A stretch of 64,000 nt of DNA from Squalus acanthias (Eukaryota): positions 98,954,001 through 99,018,000 of the forward strand of contig CM059432.1 in assembly GCA_030390025.1 (NCBI GenBank). The letters are read 5' to 3'. The position numbers and the translations under genes were made by a program. Below, piece by piece: positions 36,201 through 48,278 of the stretch. Within the stretch, counting starts at the first letter, position 1; each line of letters begins with the position of its first letter. Below the pieces are notes generated by a model. That model had not been told where the DNA came from. It did not search any database and saw only the letters and a program-made list of their open reading frames with translations.

Positions 36201-37214
36201 TCAGACAGTGTACTGGCATCCATGAGCAGATTCTGATTACCAGTGGCCTAACTAGATGACTTCAGAGATGGGATATTGATCTCCGGTCAGTAATACATAC
36301 CTGACGTAAGAAATTCCTGACCACAGATCTTCAAATACCTGACTCAAAGTGAACTTTCTATAATGACTGAGGCACTCGGCCCTGAAACTACAATATTGGG
36401 CAGTGTCGGTGATCCTTTCAGCGTTTCCACATACCAAATTGAAGACCCCCAAAATGAGCCACCTTCCACCAGTGGCCCTGTTAGACACAAGGGAAGCACA
36501 GAGGGCATCTTCATAGCAGAAAAGGACATAATAAGAAGGTATACATGGGTTTAACAGGAAATCTAAGACAACAAAGTCGACACATTTATGTAAATCATTA
36601 TCTTTGCCCTTACCCCATTTTCCTCCATTACATTTGATTTTATTAGACATAGAGGCATTAAGCAGCTTCAGGTAATGGGAATATATGTAGGTGTGATACT
36701 AGGAAAGAGTCACACTACCCTATGGCAGGTGCAAGTGATTTAAATATATAATATATGTACATATATATCTTTGCATAGTCGTTCCTGTGGAAGAATGCTT
36801 GGTATGATTGGCATTAGACTGCCTGGCATCAATCATGGGAGAATCTCTTAATTAAAATGGTGACATGCATATTTAACCCAGTTGTCCTCCAAAAGGATGA
36901 TGACCATCAGAATAGAACATGTTGCTAGTGCCTTCTAGGTTGACCACCCATGTGCCTCCTTTAGTCCTGCTATGAGTATGACTTATACCTCGATTTGTGC
37001 ACACTGCATTACTATTTGGAAAATGCAGCATGTCTACAATTAATCTGCATTCCAATAATACTTTCAATTGTTTTTTTCAACCCTTGGTGAAAAATCATTA
37101 CTGCTATTTTAAACCCTTATCAGAATTTTCAAACCAGTGGTCACAATGCCTAATTGCAGTTTTCGCACAGTCTCAGGATAGCTGCAAAATTACCGACCAG
37201 CAAAAAGTCACCCC

Positions 37215-37822
37215 GAAACCTTTTGTCAAGTAGAAATTGGACCTCATTATGCCCGTTTTACGCAACGAGGGCCAATTTTGGGGACTAACTTCCTGCGCCC
37301 AAAGCACGCCCTAAAGACATCCAACCTGGTATTGGGTCGGGTCATTTTTCAGACATCCTTAATGGCCACCTAAAACAGGCATTAGGCCCCTTACATATGT
37401 AAATGGGGGGCCTAACACCTGTTTTAGACTCCCTCTGGAAAATTGGATAGCGATGAATGGCACAGGAACCAGGCCTCAGCATTCTTCAGCGGCTGGTAAG
37501 TATTTTTTAAATTCAAACATCATTCTGGTGGAGTCAGCAGGCGCAAGGGTGCGCCCCTGACTCCATGGTACTCGTGAATGCGCCATCTCCCATTGCCGCT
37601 CCACCAACCCCTCCCGGGAACTCACCTTCAGGTGCTGCCAGTGAGGCAAGCGACCTGAAATTCATCTTGTAAAATGGATGAGTGCCATGAGGAAGCATGA
37701 CCAGTGCCGGCAGCTTGCTCAAATAGTATTTATGAGCTCCAAGGCCCAATTTCGGGCTGGCCTCGAGCTTCCCGGTTGGCCTATTTCAGGCCCAAAAATA
37801 GGCCTGAAAAGAATTTCCACCC
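37215..37822. mobile_element. Decayed Harbinger-like MITE
   Basis: GC-rich island ending AATTTCCACCC; left boundary uncertain. Confidence 0.35.
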
Positions 37823-38801
37823 TTGTATCTCTTACATTTACATTAGAAAAGGGAAAGGATTTCTTTCCTTCCTGCTACATAGTGCCTCTGCTTCTTCCTG
37901 GCAGAGTTTATGGTGGGTTAGACCTAGGGGTCTTATTCACTCCATCAGTAGAAGAGCTTTCTTTATATATAGTATAGCAACCAAGATACAAGCTCTGATT
38001 TATTCTAGATAAAGACAAGATTTTCTCTTCAAGAAAGCACTGTTCAGCAAGTTAGAACTATTCCTTTACTGCATTCTAATAGAAGGGCGGGCGCTGCAGC
38101 CTATAGATAGAGGAGTCAACAATTTGCATTCATTATTTCAAAGAGGCTAGTGTTGTAACTCCAATTCATTCCATCAGAGGAGGATGGAGAAGATTTCTTC
38201 CTGGTACAGTAATCAGGCTGGGGATATCCAAGCATTCTCAAGCAGCATTAAGACAATGAATTAATAATTGCCTAAGAAAGCTAAACTGATGTCACAAGAC
38301 CAGAGGGATTAGGAAAGTATGTATGTGAGTGACACATTTAAATTTGTATTGCATAATTCCTAATCCCTTATATTTCACTTGTTCACTGAAGCTTGTAATC
38401 ACTCTCATACTCACCACTTCACTGAATTATATGCCATCGATTTAATTGTCTCCCTATTGTGATTAGAAACCTGAAGGAGTGGGCAATTGAGAGGTATTAG
38501 ATGTTGAGACTAACCATGTGGACTGTAGGGTATTGTTCAGTCTTATACTTTCCTGTCTTCAAATCACTATTACCTGACAATTCCATGGTGATCCTTTTTC
38601 TTTATTCGCTCATGCGATGTGGGTGTCGCTGGCAAACCCAGCATTTATTGGTCATCCCTAATTACATAGGATTACATAGGATATACGGCACAGAAACAGG
38701 CCATTCAGCCCAACCAGTCCATGCTCCACACGAGCCTCCTCCCGTCTTTCCTCATCTAAATCTATCAGCATAACCCTCTATTCCCTTCTCCCTCATATGC
38801 T

Positions 38802-39583
38802 TGTTATGCAAGCTTTTCTCTTACTACTGTTCGGACTTTGTGAATTACGAATAAGCGTAACAATGACAGACAAGTATGTGATCAATAAAATTGGTCTTTA
38901 TTCACACTACAGTTCAAAATTCAAGTGTACATTCTCTCGCAATCAATATGCTCCCAATTTACCCATACGCAAAAGTACTCCCCAGCAACTTACACGCTAC
39001 CTCCAGGCGATTTATATCCCAAGTTAACCGTACATAAAAGTACCCTTTAACAATATCTAAGCTCTATGTCCGACTTTTATACATACTCCTTTATCTCTGG
39101 GTGATCGGTTCAGGAAAAGCTGTAAGTCGAAAACATAGACTGGCCAGCTTTCTTTGTTCGTCTGTTCTTCCATTCTGTCTTCTTTCTTTCTGAATTTCCT
39201 GCATCTGGGTTATCTCTTTATAATGCCTTTCTGCCAGCCTCCCTCGTATATCACTGTCTGCCTTCCTCTGATAGTTCAGTTTCACTCCAAACCTTCCCTG
39301 ATTGGAGTTCCTTCCGCATGACACGTTCATGTTCCTGTGAGGTGTGTGGGGGCGGGACTTCCTCATCACTCATGTTTCTCCTTCCTGTCCATGTGGTCTT
39401 ACAAACAAAGGACCATATGCTGACCACCAGGCAAAGGACCCTCTGCTGACTTCCGCCATTTTGTGTCTTCACAAACAAAGAACACATGCTGACCTCCTAC
39501 ATTTTGAACCATTTCACAATTCGTTCTGAACTTCGAGCTCCACACGGTAACAACAGTTTTATTACAGTTTTAAGAATCTTACA
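38802..39583 (-). mobile_element. Putative solo LTR inserted in the CR1 3' end
   Basis: 782-bp block interrupting continuous CR1; TG...CA ends (- strand TGTAAG...ATAACA); TATA-like GATATAAAT; no clean TSD. Confidence 0.55.
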
Positions 39584-42495
39584 GTCTAGCCGCCCTTTAA
39601 ATGCATCTATACTATTTGCTTCAACCAGTCCCTGTAGTAGCGAGTTCCACATTCTCACCACTCTTTGCGTAAAGAAGTTTCTTCTGAATTCCCTATTGGA
39701 TTTCTTGGTAACTATCTTATATTGAAGGCCTCTAGTTATGCTCTTCCCCACAAGTGGAAACATTCTCTCTGTATCCACTCTATCAAAATATTAAAGACAT
39801 CTATTAGGTCACCCCTCAGCCATCTTTTTTCAGGTGAAAAGAGACCCAGCCTGTTCATCCTTTCCTGATACGTATACCCTCGCATTTCTGGTATCATCCC
39901 TGTAAATCTTCTCTGAACCCTTTCCAGTGCCTCTCTATCCTTTTTATAATATGTCGACTAGAACTGTATGCAGTACTCTAAGTGTGGTCTCACCAAGGTT
40001 CGATACAGGTTTAACATAACTTCCCTACTTTTCAATTCTATCCCTCTAGTAATAAACCCTAGTGCTTGGTTTGCTTTTTTTATGGCCTTGCTAACCTGCA
40101 CCACAACTTTTAGTGATTTGTGTATTTGTACTCCTAGATCCCTTTGTTCCTCTACCACACCTAGACTCACATCCTCCAAGTGATAAGTGACCTCCCTATT
40201 CTTCCTACCAAAATGTAATACCTCACATTTATCTGTGTTGAACTTAATTAGCCAATTATATGCCCATTCTGTAAGTTTATTAATATCCTCCTGTAACTTG
40301 TTGCAGTCCTCCTCAGTATTGACTATTCCCCCCCAACTAGGTGTCATCCGCAAATTTAGAAATTGTGGTTTTGATTCCTAAGTCTAAATCGTTAATGTAA
40401 ATTGTGAACAGCAGTGGTCCCAGCACTGATCCTTGTGGAACACCACTACCCACCTTCTGCCACTGTGAATAGTTACCCTTAACTCCTACTCTCTGCTTTC
40501 TGTCCTGAAGCCAGCCAGCAATCCATTCTGCTACTTGTCCGCTGACTCCGCATTCTCTGACCTTGTTTATCAGTCTATTATGGGGTACCTTATCGAAGGC
40601 CTTTTGAAAATCCAGATAAATTACATCTACTGCATTACCATTGTCTATTCTTTCTGTTACCTCTTCAAAAAATTCAATAAGGTTGATCAAGCAAGATTTT
40701 CCCTTTTGAAATCCATGTTGACTATTCATTATTACATTTTTGGTTTCTAGATGTTCTTCTATTTTCTCCTTTAGCAGGGATTCCATTATTTTTCTGACCA
40801 CCGATGTTAAGCTGACTGGTCTATAATTCCCTGGACATGTTTTATCCCCCGTCTTAAATATCGGAATTATGTTAGCTATCCACCAGTCCTCTGGCACTAT
40901 ACCTTTTTCTAATGAATTATTAAATATGCTTAGTAATGCCTCTGTTATCTCTTCCCTAGATTCTTTTAAAATGCGTGGATGCAATCCATCCGGACCATGG
41001 GTTTTATCCTCTTTGAGTTTGATTAATTTATTTAACATATACTTTTTTTTATTTTAAATGCATTTATCTCATTACAAATCTCATCATCCAATGTCATGTC
41101 CACCTGTTCTATCACCCTGGTAAATACTGAAGCAAAATAATTATTTAATATTTCTGCCATCTCTCTATCATTACCTGTGGTATTGTCCTGACTATCCCTT
41201 AATGGCCCTATTCCCATCCCAACCTTCCTTTTTTTATTGATGTGCGTATAAAATATTTTACTATATTGTTTTATGTTCCTTGATAATTTAATTTCATAGT
41301 TCCTCTTTGCCTCCCTAATTGTTTTTTTGACTTCTCTCCTAATCTTTTCGTATTCCCACTTATCATGCACTCCCCTGCTGCCTGTGTACTTAATGTATGC
41401 CTCTTTCCTTACCCTCAATTGTTCCCTTATGGCTTTATTCATCCCTGGAGTCTCATTATTGTTTAGTTTGTTCTTTCCTTTTAGCAGAATATATTTTTCC
41501 TGCACTCTATTGAACACTGTTTTAAATGTTTCCCAATGCTGTTCTACATCATTGTTTGCCAATACTGTTGCCCATTTTTGTTTCCCAAGGTCTATTCTCA
41601 GCCCCTCAAAATCAGCTTTTCTCCAAACTATTAACCTGGTTTTCATCATACTTATGTCCTTCTCAATTATCATCTTAAAGCGTAATATATTATGGTCACT
41701 ATTGCCTATAAGTTCCCCAATCTTTACTTCTCTTATCTGCCATCTCTCTATCGTTACCTATGGTTCATTCCCCATTACTAGATCCAATATCAAATCCTCC
41801 CTTGTTGAGCTTTTTACATATTGGGTTTGAAAGGAGTCCTGTACACATTGTAGGAACTCCATTCCCTTATCCCCTTTACCTACCTCTTCTGTCCAATTAA
41901 TATTGAGGTAGTTGAAATCCCCCATGATTATTATTCTATGTTTTTTACTCATTTCCCTAATTTGACTGCATATTTCTTCTTCCACCTCCCTTCCAATATT
42001 AGGTGGTCTGTAGACAACGCCTATGAGTATGATTGATCCTTTATTATCTTTTATCTCTATCCATATGGATTCTATTATTGTCTTGCTGATATCTGCGTCA
42101 CTTTTTTCTACTGCCATTATGTTATCCCTAATAAGTACAGCTACTCCACCTCCCCTTTTTCCCTCCCTATCTTTTCTAAATATGTTATATCCTGCAATGT
42201 TTAATGTCCAGTCCTGATTTTGCTGTAGCCATGTCTCAGTAATCCCTACTATGTCTGGTTCCTCGCAACGTATGATTGCCTCCAGCTCCCCTGTTTTATT
42301 GCAGACACTCTCACTATATGTGTAACCATCTTTTTAGATTTCTGTTCTATAACTCTATTTATTCCCTTGTCATGGATGTCATCCCTTACTTTATTCTTTC
42401 CTGTGCTCTCTTTTCCTGTTTGGTTTATAATTAGACTGGTTACGTTTCTTGTAGATCCCTCCCCCATCTTACCAGTTTAAAGCCTTTGCCACTTC

Positions 42496-42966
42496 TCAAT
42501 TTACCCTTTCCACTAGGACACGGGTCAGGTGGAGCCTGTCCCATCGGTACAGGTCCTTCCTCTCCCAGAACTGGTGCCAGTGTCCCATGAAAAGGAACAC
42601 CTCATTCCCACACCAGCCCTTTAGACATTTGTTAATTCTCCTGATCTGTCTGCTTCTATGCCAATTTGCATGTGGTTTGGGCAATAATCCAGAAATTATT
42701 ACCCTCAAGGTCCTGCTTTTTAAGTTAGATCCTAACTCCTGATACTCTTTCAGCAGGATCTCCTCCTTGTTCCTACCTATGTCGTTTGTTCCAGCATGGA
42801 CCACGACAACTGGATTTCCACCCTCCCATTCTAAGTTCCTCTCCAGCCGCCGTGAGATATCCCTTGCCCTGGCACTGGGTAGGCAACACACCCTTCGGGA
42901 TTCTCGTTCTTGGCTATAGAGGAAGCTATCTATCCCCCTAATTATAGAGTCCCCTATCACTACCAC
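42496..42966 (-). pseudogene. CR1 ORF1 SGNH/GDSL esterase domain
   Basis: VIGDSIIR, HAGTNDI, DRLHL motifs upstream of ORF2. Confidence 0.85.
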
Positions 42967-45347
42967 ATTTCTATTCTGCTCTTCTCCCCTTTGGACAGCC
43001 TTTTGAGCAACGGTGCCTTGGTCTGCATTGTGCCTGTCTGCCTTGCAGTCTTTCTCCTTGTCCTCACAGATAGTGTCTAGGTAGTAGAGGTCGCAGGTTT
43101 GGGAGGTGCTGCCAAAGAAGACTTGGCAAGTTGCTGCCGTGCATCTTGTAGATGGTACACACTGCAGCCATGGTGTGCGGGTGGTGGATGGAGTGAATGT
43201 TTAAGGTGGTGGATGGGGTGCCAATCAAGCGGGCTGCTTTGTCCTGGATGGTGTCTAGCTTCTTGAGTGTTGTTGGAGCTGCACTCATCCAAGCAAGTGG
43301 AGACTATTCCATCGCACTCCTGACTTGTGCCCTGTAGATGGTGGAAAGACTTTGGGGAGTCAGGAGGTGAAACATTCGCCACAGAATACCCAACCTCTGA
43401 GCTGCTCTTGTAGCCACAATATTTACATGACTGGACCAGTTATGGTCAGTGGTGACACCCAGGATGTTGATGGTGGGAGATTCAACAGTGGTAATGCCAT
43501 TGAATGTCAAGGGGCGGTGGTGAAACTCTCTCTTGTTGGAGATAGTCATTGCCTGGCACTTGTGTGGCATGAATGTTACTTGCTACTTATCAGCTCAAGC
43601 TTGAATGTCGACCACGTCTCGTTGCATGCGGGCATGGACTGCTTCATTATCTGAGGAGTTGCAAATGGGACGGAACACTGTGCAATCATCAGCGATCAGC
43701 CCCTGTGGTGGAGGAAAGGTCATTGATGAAGCAGGTTGTGCCTAGGACACTGCCCTGAGCAGCTCTTGCAGCGATTTCCTGGGGCTAAGATGATTGGCTC
43801 CCAAAAACCACCACCATCTTCCTTTGTGCTAGGTATGACTCAACCCAGTGAAGAGTTTTCCCCCAAATTCCTATTGACTTCAATTTTACTGGGGCTCCTT
43901 GACGCCACACTTGGTCAAATGCTGCTTTGATGTCAAGGGCAGTCACTCTCACCTCACCTCTGGAATTCAGCTCTTTTGTCTATGTTTGGACCAAGGCTGT
44001 ACTGAAGTCTGGAGCTGAGTGGAACACAACTGCTTGATAGCACTGTCGAATACACCTTCCATCACTTTGCTGATGATTGAGAATCAGGGTGGTAATTAGC
44101 TGGGATTTTTTTTTGGGGGGCCTATAGCCTTTGCTGTATCCAGTACGCTCAGCTGTTTCTTGATAGCATATGGAGTGAATCGAATTGGCTGAAGACTGGC
44201 TTCTGTGATGGTGGGGACCTCAGGAGGAGGCTGAGATCGATCATCCACTCGGCACTTCTGGCCGAATATGATTGCAGACGCTTCAGCCTTGTCTTTTGCA
44301 CTCACGTGCTGGGCTCCATCATCATTGAGGATGGGGATGCTCATGGAGCCTCCTCCTCCCGTTAGTTGTTTAATGGTCTGCCACCATTCATGACTGGATG
44401 TGGCAGGACTTTGATCTGATCCATTGGTTGTGGGGTCGCTTAGCTCTGCCTATAGCATGCTGTTTCCACTATTTAGCATGCATGTAGTCCTGTGTTGTAG
44501 CTTCACCAGATTGGCACTTCATTTTTAGATACACATGTTGCTGCTCCTGGCATGCTCTTCTGCACTCCTCATTGAACCAGGCTTGGTCCCCTGGCTTGAT
44601 GGTAATGGTAGAGTGAGGGATATGCCGGGCCATGAATTTACAGATTGTGGTGGAATACAATTCTGCTGCTGCTGATGACTCACAGCACCTCATGGATGCC
44701 CAGTTTTGAGCTGCTAGATCTGTTCTGAATCTATCCCATTTAGCACAGTGGTAATGCAACACAACACGATGGAGGGTGTCCTCAATGTGAAGATGGGACT
44801 TTGTCTGCACAAGATCTGTGCAGTGGTCACTGCTGTCATGGACAGATGCATCTGAGACAGGTAGATTGGTGAGAACGAGGTCAAGTAGGTTTTTCCCTCA
44901 CCACCTGTTGCAGGCCCAGTCGGGCAGCTATATCCTTCAGGACTCAGCCAGCTTGGTCAGTAGTGGTGCTACTGAGCCAATCTTGGTAATGGACATTGCA
45001 GTCCCCAACCCTGAGTATGTTCTGTGCCCTTGCTACCCTCATTGCTTCTCCCAAGTGCTATTCAACATGGAGGCATACTGATTCATGGTAATCAGCAGGT
45101 GTTTCCTTGCCCATGTTTGACCTGAAGCCATGAGACTTCATGGGGTCCGGAGTCAATGTTGAGGACTCCCAGGGCCACTCACTCCTGACTATACCACTAT
45201 GCCGCCACCCCTGGTGGGTCTGTCCTGCCTTGACATATGCAGGGACATTGTCTGAAAGGTATGATTCGGTGAGTATGACTATGTCAGGCTGTTGCTTGAC
45301 TGGTCTGTCAGACAGCTCTCCCACTTTTGGCACAATCCCCAATGTTA

Positions 45348-48278
45348 CATAGATACATAGAAGATAGGAGCAGGAGTAGGCCATCCGGCCCTTCGAGCCT
45401 GCTCCGCCATTTAATGAGATCATGGCTGATCCTCCAATTCAGTATCCCGTCCCCGCCTTCTCTCCGTAACCCTTAACCCCTTTTGCCTGTAGAAATATAT
45501 CTAATTCCCTCTTAAATATATTTAATGAGCTGGCGTACACTGCCCTCTGTGGCAATGAGTTCCACAGGTTCACCACCCTCTGAGTGAAGAAATTCCCCCT
45601 CATTTCTGTCCTAAATGGTTTAGCCCTTATCCTTAAATTATGTCCTCTAGTTCTGTTCTCACCCGCCAAGGGAAACATTCCTTCTGCATCTAGTCTGTCT
45701 AGACCTGTCAGAATTTTATACACTTCTATGAGGTCCCCTCTCAATCTTCTAAACTCCAGTGTGTACATCCCTAAACTACATAGTCTCTCCTCATAGGTCA
45801 ATCCCGCCATTCCTGGTATCAGCCTGGTGAATCGCCGCTGCACCCCCTCCATGGCAAGAACATCTTTCCTCAGATGAGGCGACCAAAACTGTACACAGTA
45901 CTCGAGGTGTGGTCTCACCAGTGCCCTGTACAGCTGCAGCAAGGTATCCCTGTTCCTGTATTCCAACCCTTTTGCTATGAAGGCCAGCATACCGTTTGCC
46001 TTCTTGACCGCCTGTTGCACCTGCATGCTCGCCTTCAGTGACTGGTGTACAAGAACACCCAGGTCTCTCTGTACTTCCCCCTCTCCCAATTTATTGCCAT
46101 TTAAATAATAATTTGCCCTCCCGTTCCTGCACCCAAGGTGGATAACTTCGCACTTGTCCACATTATAGTGCATCTGCCATTTATCCGCCCAATCACCCAG
46201 TCTGTCCAAATCGCTCTGGAGCTTCCTGGTCTCCTCCTCTGAGCCCACCCCCCCTCCTAGTTTAGTGTCATCTGCAAATTTGGAAATGCTGCATCCGACT
46301 CCCTGATCCAGGTCATTAATGTAAATTGTGAACAGCTGGGGACCCAGGACAGATCCCTGTGGTACCCCACTTGTTACTGCCTGCCATTCAGAAAATGAGC
46401 CGTTTATTCCAACTCTCTGTTTTCTATCTGACAGCCAGTTCTCTATCCACGTCAATACTTTCCCCTTTATCCCATGAGCTTCAATTTTCCATGCTAATCT
46501 TTTATGTGGGACCTTGTCGAAGGCCTTTTGGAAGTCCAGGTACACCACATCTACTGGCTCTCCCCCATCTATTTTACCAGTTACTCCCTCAAAAAATTCC
46601 AATAGATTCGTCAAGCACGATTTACCCTTTGTAAATCCATGTTGACTCTGTCCTATCCTGTCCCCAGTTGCTAAGTGCTCCGCTATTTCATCCTTAATGA
46701 TGGACTCCAGCATTTTGCCCACAACTGATGTAAGGCTTACAGGTCTGTAATTACCTGCTTTTTCCCTACCCCCCTTTTTGAATAGTGGGGTAACGTTAGC
46801 TACCCTCCAATCCATGGGCACCGTTCCCGAGTCTAATGAGTTCTGAAAAATCATACTTAGTGCATCCGCTATCTCTAGGGCCACCTCCTTCAGTACCCTA
46901 GGATGCATGTTATCAGGCCCTGGGGATTTGTCCGCCTTCAATCCCTTTATCTTCCTTAACACCATATCCTTAGAGATATTGATTTGCGTCAGTTCCTCCT
47001 TTGCCAATGTCCCTATTTTTCCCGATATCCCAGGGAGGTTTTTTGTGTCTTCCTTCGTAAAGACTGACCCAAAGTATGCATTTAGTTGGTCTGCCATTTC
47101 CTTATTTCCCGTTATATATTCCCCCGTATCTGACTGCAATGGACCAACTTTGGTTTTCACCAGTCTTTTCCTCTTGATATACTTATAAAAGCTTTTGGAG
47201 TTAGTTTTTATATTTTCCGCCAGCATGCTTTCGTAAGCTATTTTGCCCCTCTTGATTAAGCCCTTTGTCCTCCTTTGCTCTATCTTAAACTGTTCCCAAT
47301 CTTCCGCTCTGGCGCTTTTTTTGGCTAATTTATACGCCCTATCTTTGGATTTTATGCTGTCTCTAATTTCCCCTGTTATCCACGGTTGAGTCACCTTTTT
47401 AGATTTCCTTTTATGCCAGATTGGTATAAACAATTTTTGCAATTTTGTCATTCTATCTTTAAATGCTTGCCATTGTTTATCTACCTCCAGTCCTCCCAGG
47501 AACATTGTCCAATCAGACCTACTCAGTTCCCGTCTAATGGCATCATAATTCCCCTTGTTTAAATTCAGGACCTTAGTCTCTGAGTCAATTTCTTCGCTCT
47601 CCATTTCGAGTGAGAAATCGATCATGTTATGATCGCTCTGACCCAAGGGTCCCCGTACAACAAGATTACTAATTAGTCCCTTCTCATTGCACAGTACCCA
47701 GTCCAATATAGCCTGTTCCCGAGTTGGTTCCTCGACATATTGATCCAGATAACCATCCCTTAAACACTCAAGGAATTCCTCCTCCTCATTATTTTTACTG
47801 ATTAGGCTAGTCCAATCTATATGTAAGTTAAAGTCACCTATGATGACAGCTGTGCTCTTATTGCACGCTTCTCTAATTTCCCTCGTGATGCCCTCCCCAA
47901 CCTCTATTTTACTATTTGGAGGCCTATATACCACTCCTATTAATGTTTTTCGCCCCTCGCTATTTCTTAGCTCCACCCATATAGATTCTGTATTAACTGA
48001 GTTAATATCCTTCCTTTCAATTGCATTTATCCCCTCTTTTACCAGCAATGCTACCCCTCCTCCCTTTCTTTTTTGTCGATCCTTCCTAAATACTGAATAC
48101 CCCTGTGTGTTAAGCTCCCAGCCCTGCTCACCCTGCAACCATGTTTCCGTAATCCCAATTAGATCATAATTATTAACCTCTATTTCCACAGCTAATTCAT
48201 CTACCTTGTTCCTGATGCTTCTCGCATTAAGGTATAAAATCCTCAGGCTTTTTTTATGCTCACATTTTTTATGAATTA
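45348..48278 (-). mobile_element. Young CR1 LINE truncated just upstream of the ORF2 endonuclease start
   Basis: CTATGTATCTATG tail; TSD GTTA (45344-45347, 48279-48282). Confidence 0.95.
45439..48276 (-). CDS. CR1 ORF2 (APE + RT), uninterrupted, no ATG at the start
   Basis: Frame is open upstream of the track's GTG (LRILYLNARSIRNK); ITETWL, GDFN, SDH, FADD motifs; no stops. Confidence 0.93.
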   Translation of the reverse strand: MHKKCEHKKSLRILYLNARSIRNKVDELAVEIEVNNYDLIGITETWLQGEQGWELNTQGYSVFRKDRQKRKGGGVALLVKEGINAIERKDINSVNTESIWVELRNSEGRKTLIGVVYRPPNSKIEVGEGITREIREACNKSTAVIIGDFNLHIDWTSLISKNNEEEEFLECLRDGYLDQYVEEPTREQAILDWVLCNEKGLISNLVVRGPLGQSDHNMIDFSLEMESEEIDSETKVLNLNKGNYDAIRRELSRSDWTMFLGGLEVDKQWQAFKDRMTKLQKLFIPIWHKRKSKKVTQPWITGEIRDSIKSKDRAYKLAKKSARAEDWEQFKIEQRRTKGLIKRGKIAYESMLAENIKTNSKSFYKYIKRKRLVKTKVGPLQSDTGEYITGNKEMADQLNAYFGSVFTKEDTKNLPGISGKIGTLAKEELTQINISKDMVLRKIKGLKADKSPGPDNMHPRVLKEVALEIADALSMIFQNSLDSGTVPMDWRVANVTPLFKKGGREKAGNYRPVSLTSVVGKMLESIIKDEIAEHLATGDRIGQSQHGFTKGKSCLTNLLEFFEGVTGKIDGGEPVDVVYLDFQKAFDKVPHKRLAWKIEAHGIKGKVLTWIENWLSDRKQRVGINGSFSEWQAVTSGVPQGSVLGPQLFTIYINDLDQGVGCSISKFADDTKLGGGVGSEEETRKLQSDLDRLGDWADKWQMHYNVDKCEVIHLGCRNGRANYYLNGNKLGEGEVQRDLGVLVHQSLKASMQVQQAVKKANGMLAFIAKGLEYRNRDTLLQLYRALVRPHLEYCVQFWSPHLRKDVLAMEGVQRRFTRLIPGMAGLTYEERLCSLGMYTLEFRRLRGDLIEVYKILTGLDRLDAEGMFPLAGENRTRGHNLRIRAKPFRTEMRGNFFTQRVVNLWNSLPQRAVYASSLNIFKRELDIFLQAKGVKGYGEKAGTGY

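Larger units (their letters stand above)
38663..43065 (-). mobile_element. Long decayed CR1 LINE with ORF1 3' part and ORF2
   Basis: Frameshifted ORF2 ([31 protein letters not shown]); CTATGTAATCCTATG tail. Confidence 0.92.

Noticed and set aside
36327..36538. Possible host exon (AG...GT-bounded open frame IFKYLTQSELSIMTEALG...DIIR)
   Set aside because: Weak splice signals and no recognisable protein; needs BLASTX or RNA-seq.
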